Shown here piece after piece: positions 23,601 through 24,953 of a stretch of 24,953 nucleotides of DNA (positions are counted from its first letter, which is position 1; every line of letters starts with the position of its first letter). This stretch comes from a virus, in the IMG/VR virus record IMGVR_UViG_3300009720_000014; one strand, written 5' to 3'. The position numbers and the translations under genes were made by a program. The notes beneath the pieces are model-generated. The model was not told the origin of the DNA, did not search any database, and worked only from the letters and a program-made list of their open reading frames with translations.

Positions 23601-24953
23601 GTACAATATCTTTCGCATGGGAATTGAGTCGTATCAACGCTATAAATTTCCCATATTTTATTTTGAGTAAGATTAATAAGTCTTAAATGTTCTCCTTGTT
23701 CAAGAGTATTATTTAATGTTAATGTAATGAATTGGTTAATATTTTGTTTTTGAACATTCGCACTAAATAAATTTTTATCAGGTTTGCTTACATATTGGTT
23801 CCAAACACTTCCATTAATTTCGTTAATATTAGAGATCCTTTTTAATTGAATTTCATCATTAATAACAAATATTCTATTAGAAAAACTTGATGCTATGTTT
23901 CCGCTTGAATCAAATAAAGAAGAATTAAAGAAAACACTACTATCTCTTCCATCCAACGAAAGTATTTCTATAGGACCACTAGAGCTATCCGAATAATAAG
24001 CTATTGTGTAAAGTATATTTTCTGTAAGATAAAATCCGAAATAACGATGCATCGAATAAAGGCTAACGTCGTTATCACTAAAGACATATTGCAAATTTAT
24101 GAGGTTTGGACATAATAAATTATTCCTTTCAAATCCTTCCGACATAAAAGCGTTAAGATCCGTAAAATTAGATGCCTTCTGATTGAAAAAATAAGGTGTT
24201 TCAGATCTTCCTGTAACAACTCCTTTATCAACGGCTATTCCATACCATGTATTTGGATCTGATTCAGCTATTGCAATATCCGGGTCGGTTAGAGAAAGAA
24301 ATATAGGGGCTTGAAATTTAGTAACATCTGCCATGTGAGTAGCAAGATATTTTCCTAAAGGTGCTTCTGGTCTTAAACTCCAACTTCTTATTAAGGATCC
24401 TTGCTCAAGATATTTAAATGCTAAATTTTCAAGAGAAGAAGCATCGTAACTTTCCTGATTGAAAACGCCGGGCATTCTAAATAATGCAAAATAATCTGGC
24501 AACTTGGAATTTATCCATAGTGGAGCGAGCATTCCATTGTCCTCGTTATAGAGTTCGTCCCTAAGTAATCGAGCTCCATAATTATAGGTAACATTATATT
24601 GATCCTTTAATTCAGTTTTTGGAGTTGCTATTTCAAGAGTATTATCAACATCTACACGATATAGTTCTCCCCTTGGCATTGAGGAAAAGACATTTCTAAT
24701 ATCCCCAGAAAGAACACTATTTGCAGAAACCTTTTGCTTACGGTATAATTTGTTTGAGAGTGTGTCGGAAACTTTAAAGGTATCCATATAAATGTTATTA
24801 CTTATATCGATATTCAAAACAATATTTCCCGTAAATTTAGGATTAGTTCGAATAAGCATATAAGATGCTTCGTCATCTATAAGTAAATCCTCGTTATTAT
24901 ATTCATTTACTGCAGCAGGCTCTACGATAAAAGGCCTATTTTTTATTGATACA
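20606..24953 (-). CDS. very large putative virion structural protein (baseplate/tail region), 5'-partial
   Basis: The frame stays open beyond the track start (24859) to the window edge (...VSIKNRPFIVEPAAVNEYNNEDLLIDDEASYMLIRTNPK...), so the true start lies outside the window; rich in N/S/Y/F and beta-type sequence. Confidence 0.8.
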   Translation of the reverse strand, partial: VSIKNRPFIVEPAAVNEYNNEDLLIDDEASYMLIRTNPKFTGNIVLNIDISNNIYMDTFKVSDTLSNKLYRKQKVSANSVLSGDIRNVFSSMPRGELYRVDVDNTLEIATPKTELKDQYNVTYNYGARLLRDELYNEDNGMLAPLWINSKLPDYFALFRMPGVFNQESYDASSLENLAFKYLEQGSLIRSWSLRPEAPLGKYLATHMADVTKFQAPIFLSLTDPDIAIAESDPNTWYGIAVDKGVVTGRSETPYFFNQKASNFTDLNAFMSEGFERNNLLCPNLINLQYVFSDNDVSLYSMHRYFGFYLTENILYTIAYYSDSSSGPIEILSLDGRDSSVFFNSSLFDSSGNIASSFSNRIFVINDEIQLKRISNINEINGSVWNQYVSKPDKNLFSANVQKQNINQFITLTLNNTLEQGEHLRLINLTQNKIWEIYSVDTTQFPCERYCTISENPGYPTVFRTFFDINGDISYQIQQIESAFDLFSSYEGTEFRAGVRGDNWVSLIIEDSANSDEWQFQRIAAPTLNDFSDPSSGFNTAASPEDIAFFGRFIPTMDDFGVIEASAYFGPIDFELYGDRQTIIVNLINRGINNLYSFDASQNIVDKFEQPTLYQGTDGWYRRILDFDVSNNSYQYVKDPLSLSDKILIMSEKEIQTIKGIFNAYSIYPLNLSLMGINPVKDVDYTVYDSCIGFQSEYIYNRENDISTWYICIDASLDYNLSIPGSYVVASGTGSYKQGIFTYPYSTGTRFNTFDTSLYFIAATNTRLTYAVVDGSYNYTGYKPGFNEENLGDYYDSSSLLKYGLTIPSVAKWVGLGTDCRDNPFRLLLDASALDASTNFIPTADSFNQEISYPVYKYLTPCGRAWQDYVFYDINDVLDDNGEYFTFRELMFKYPYVDYFSKLLYSNYNVEGTKTRSSIVYYNGYKNTIDVIFLGLNLSIQVENIAKNVFDIKNYDRYRFSFISTPSRNRDHKRPIDVIINENTKTILMVWYQGNDELNYNVRYSTYLPGKSIMDASNGGFISGGVDASVYSFVKTPFYVNNSTIQKTLHNFYGTSTFYSNTLARPYAQLNLNQNGFNSEWNAFGNNTISVLGVFNTDSREFNTFLQRVEYTYLPDPNTFGDHVINYGYNYGNNRNWYTNNTTKYQSLQYFLSPTYNYVMYSVIRGDEVYTSEDFGLSNPFRITINPPRTYRGIYTYNGWFKPKFNSILDFQADEEVELINTVDRDFVFSNTNLRKYNNIPQLWYHEVVSSVTSQDVSSGNAINFIEDFNVFKALWDSDYYIKDNIPVDGYESTEELPAFFGSKLPKLPDQITLGNWDITTAQVSYENAAEITLLFNLTRAVRNLFKSNIEFLGNWAGLSNADSVIDSYINNTILTYYNISTQKITVGFFYKPFESQSIAYNYDSSFLTFEKQNFNGQVIYQNDEYLYKIVVPKTGNYTYFVNFTLTEK

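Noticed and set aside
20606-24859. ATG 24859 as the true start of the 1417-aa protein
   Set aside because: The frame is open to the window edge with protein-like sequence, so the gene is 5'-truncated by the window.
1-24953. Genome-wide stop-codon reassignment (TAG or TGA recoding as in some large phages)
   Set aside because: Long conserved genes are intact in code 11; TAG terminates 15917-16768 at a sensible C-terminal Trp, and TGA ends 5306-5545 and 14095-15870 in ATGA overlaps.

Overview
AT-rich fragment of a large T4-like tailed phage, probably a jumbo myophage. The host is probably Bacteroidota (inferred from a TAnnTTTG promoter element, BACON-like domains and AT-rich leaders without Shine-Dalgarno sites). 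The + strand (1-13.6 kb) carries head genes (gp4-like head completion nuclease, gp2-like DNA end protector, gp20-like portal), small membrane proteins, a circularly permuted two-piece tmRNA gene with a long structured intervening sequence, and a family of ORFs built on a repeated ~18-aa 'E|SxNFERGxDPKxSMxIG' motif, including an 830-aa apparent polyprotein with six copies. It also carries ahcY (SAH hydrolase), tmk and an ECF sigma factor. The - strand (13.8-25 kb) is a convergent block of large virion/tail-like proteins: two paralogues with collagen-like starts and BACON-like domains, a spanin-like membrane protein, and a >1448-aa protein cut by the window edge. A bidirectional terminator separates the two blocks. 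All calls come from reading motifs by eye; no database searches were run.
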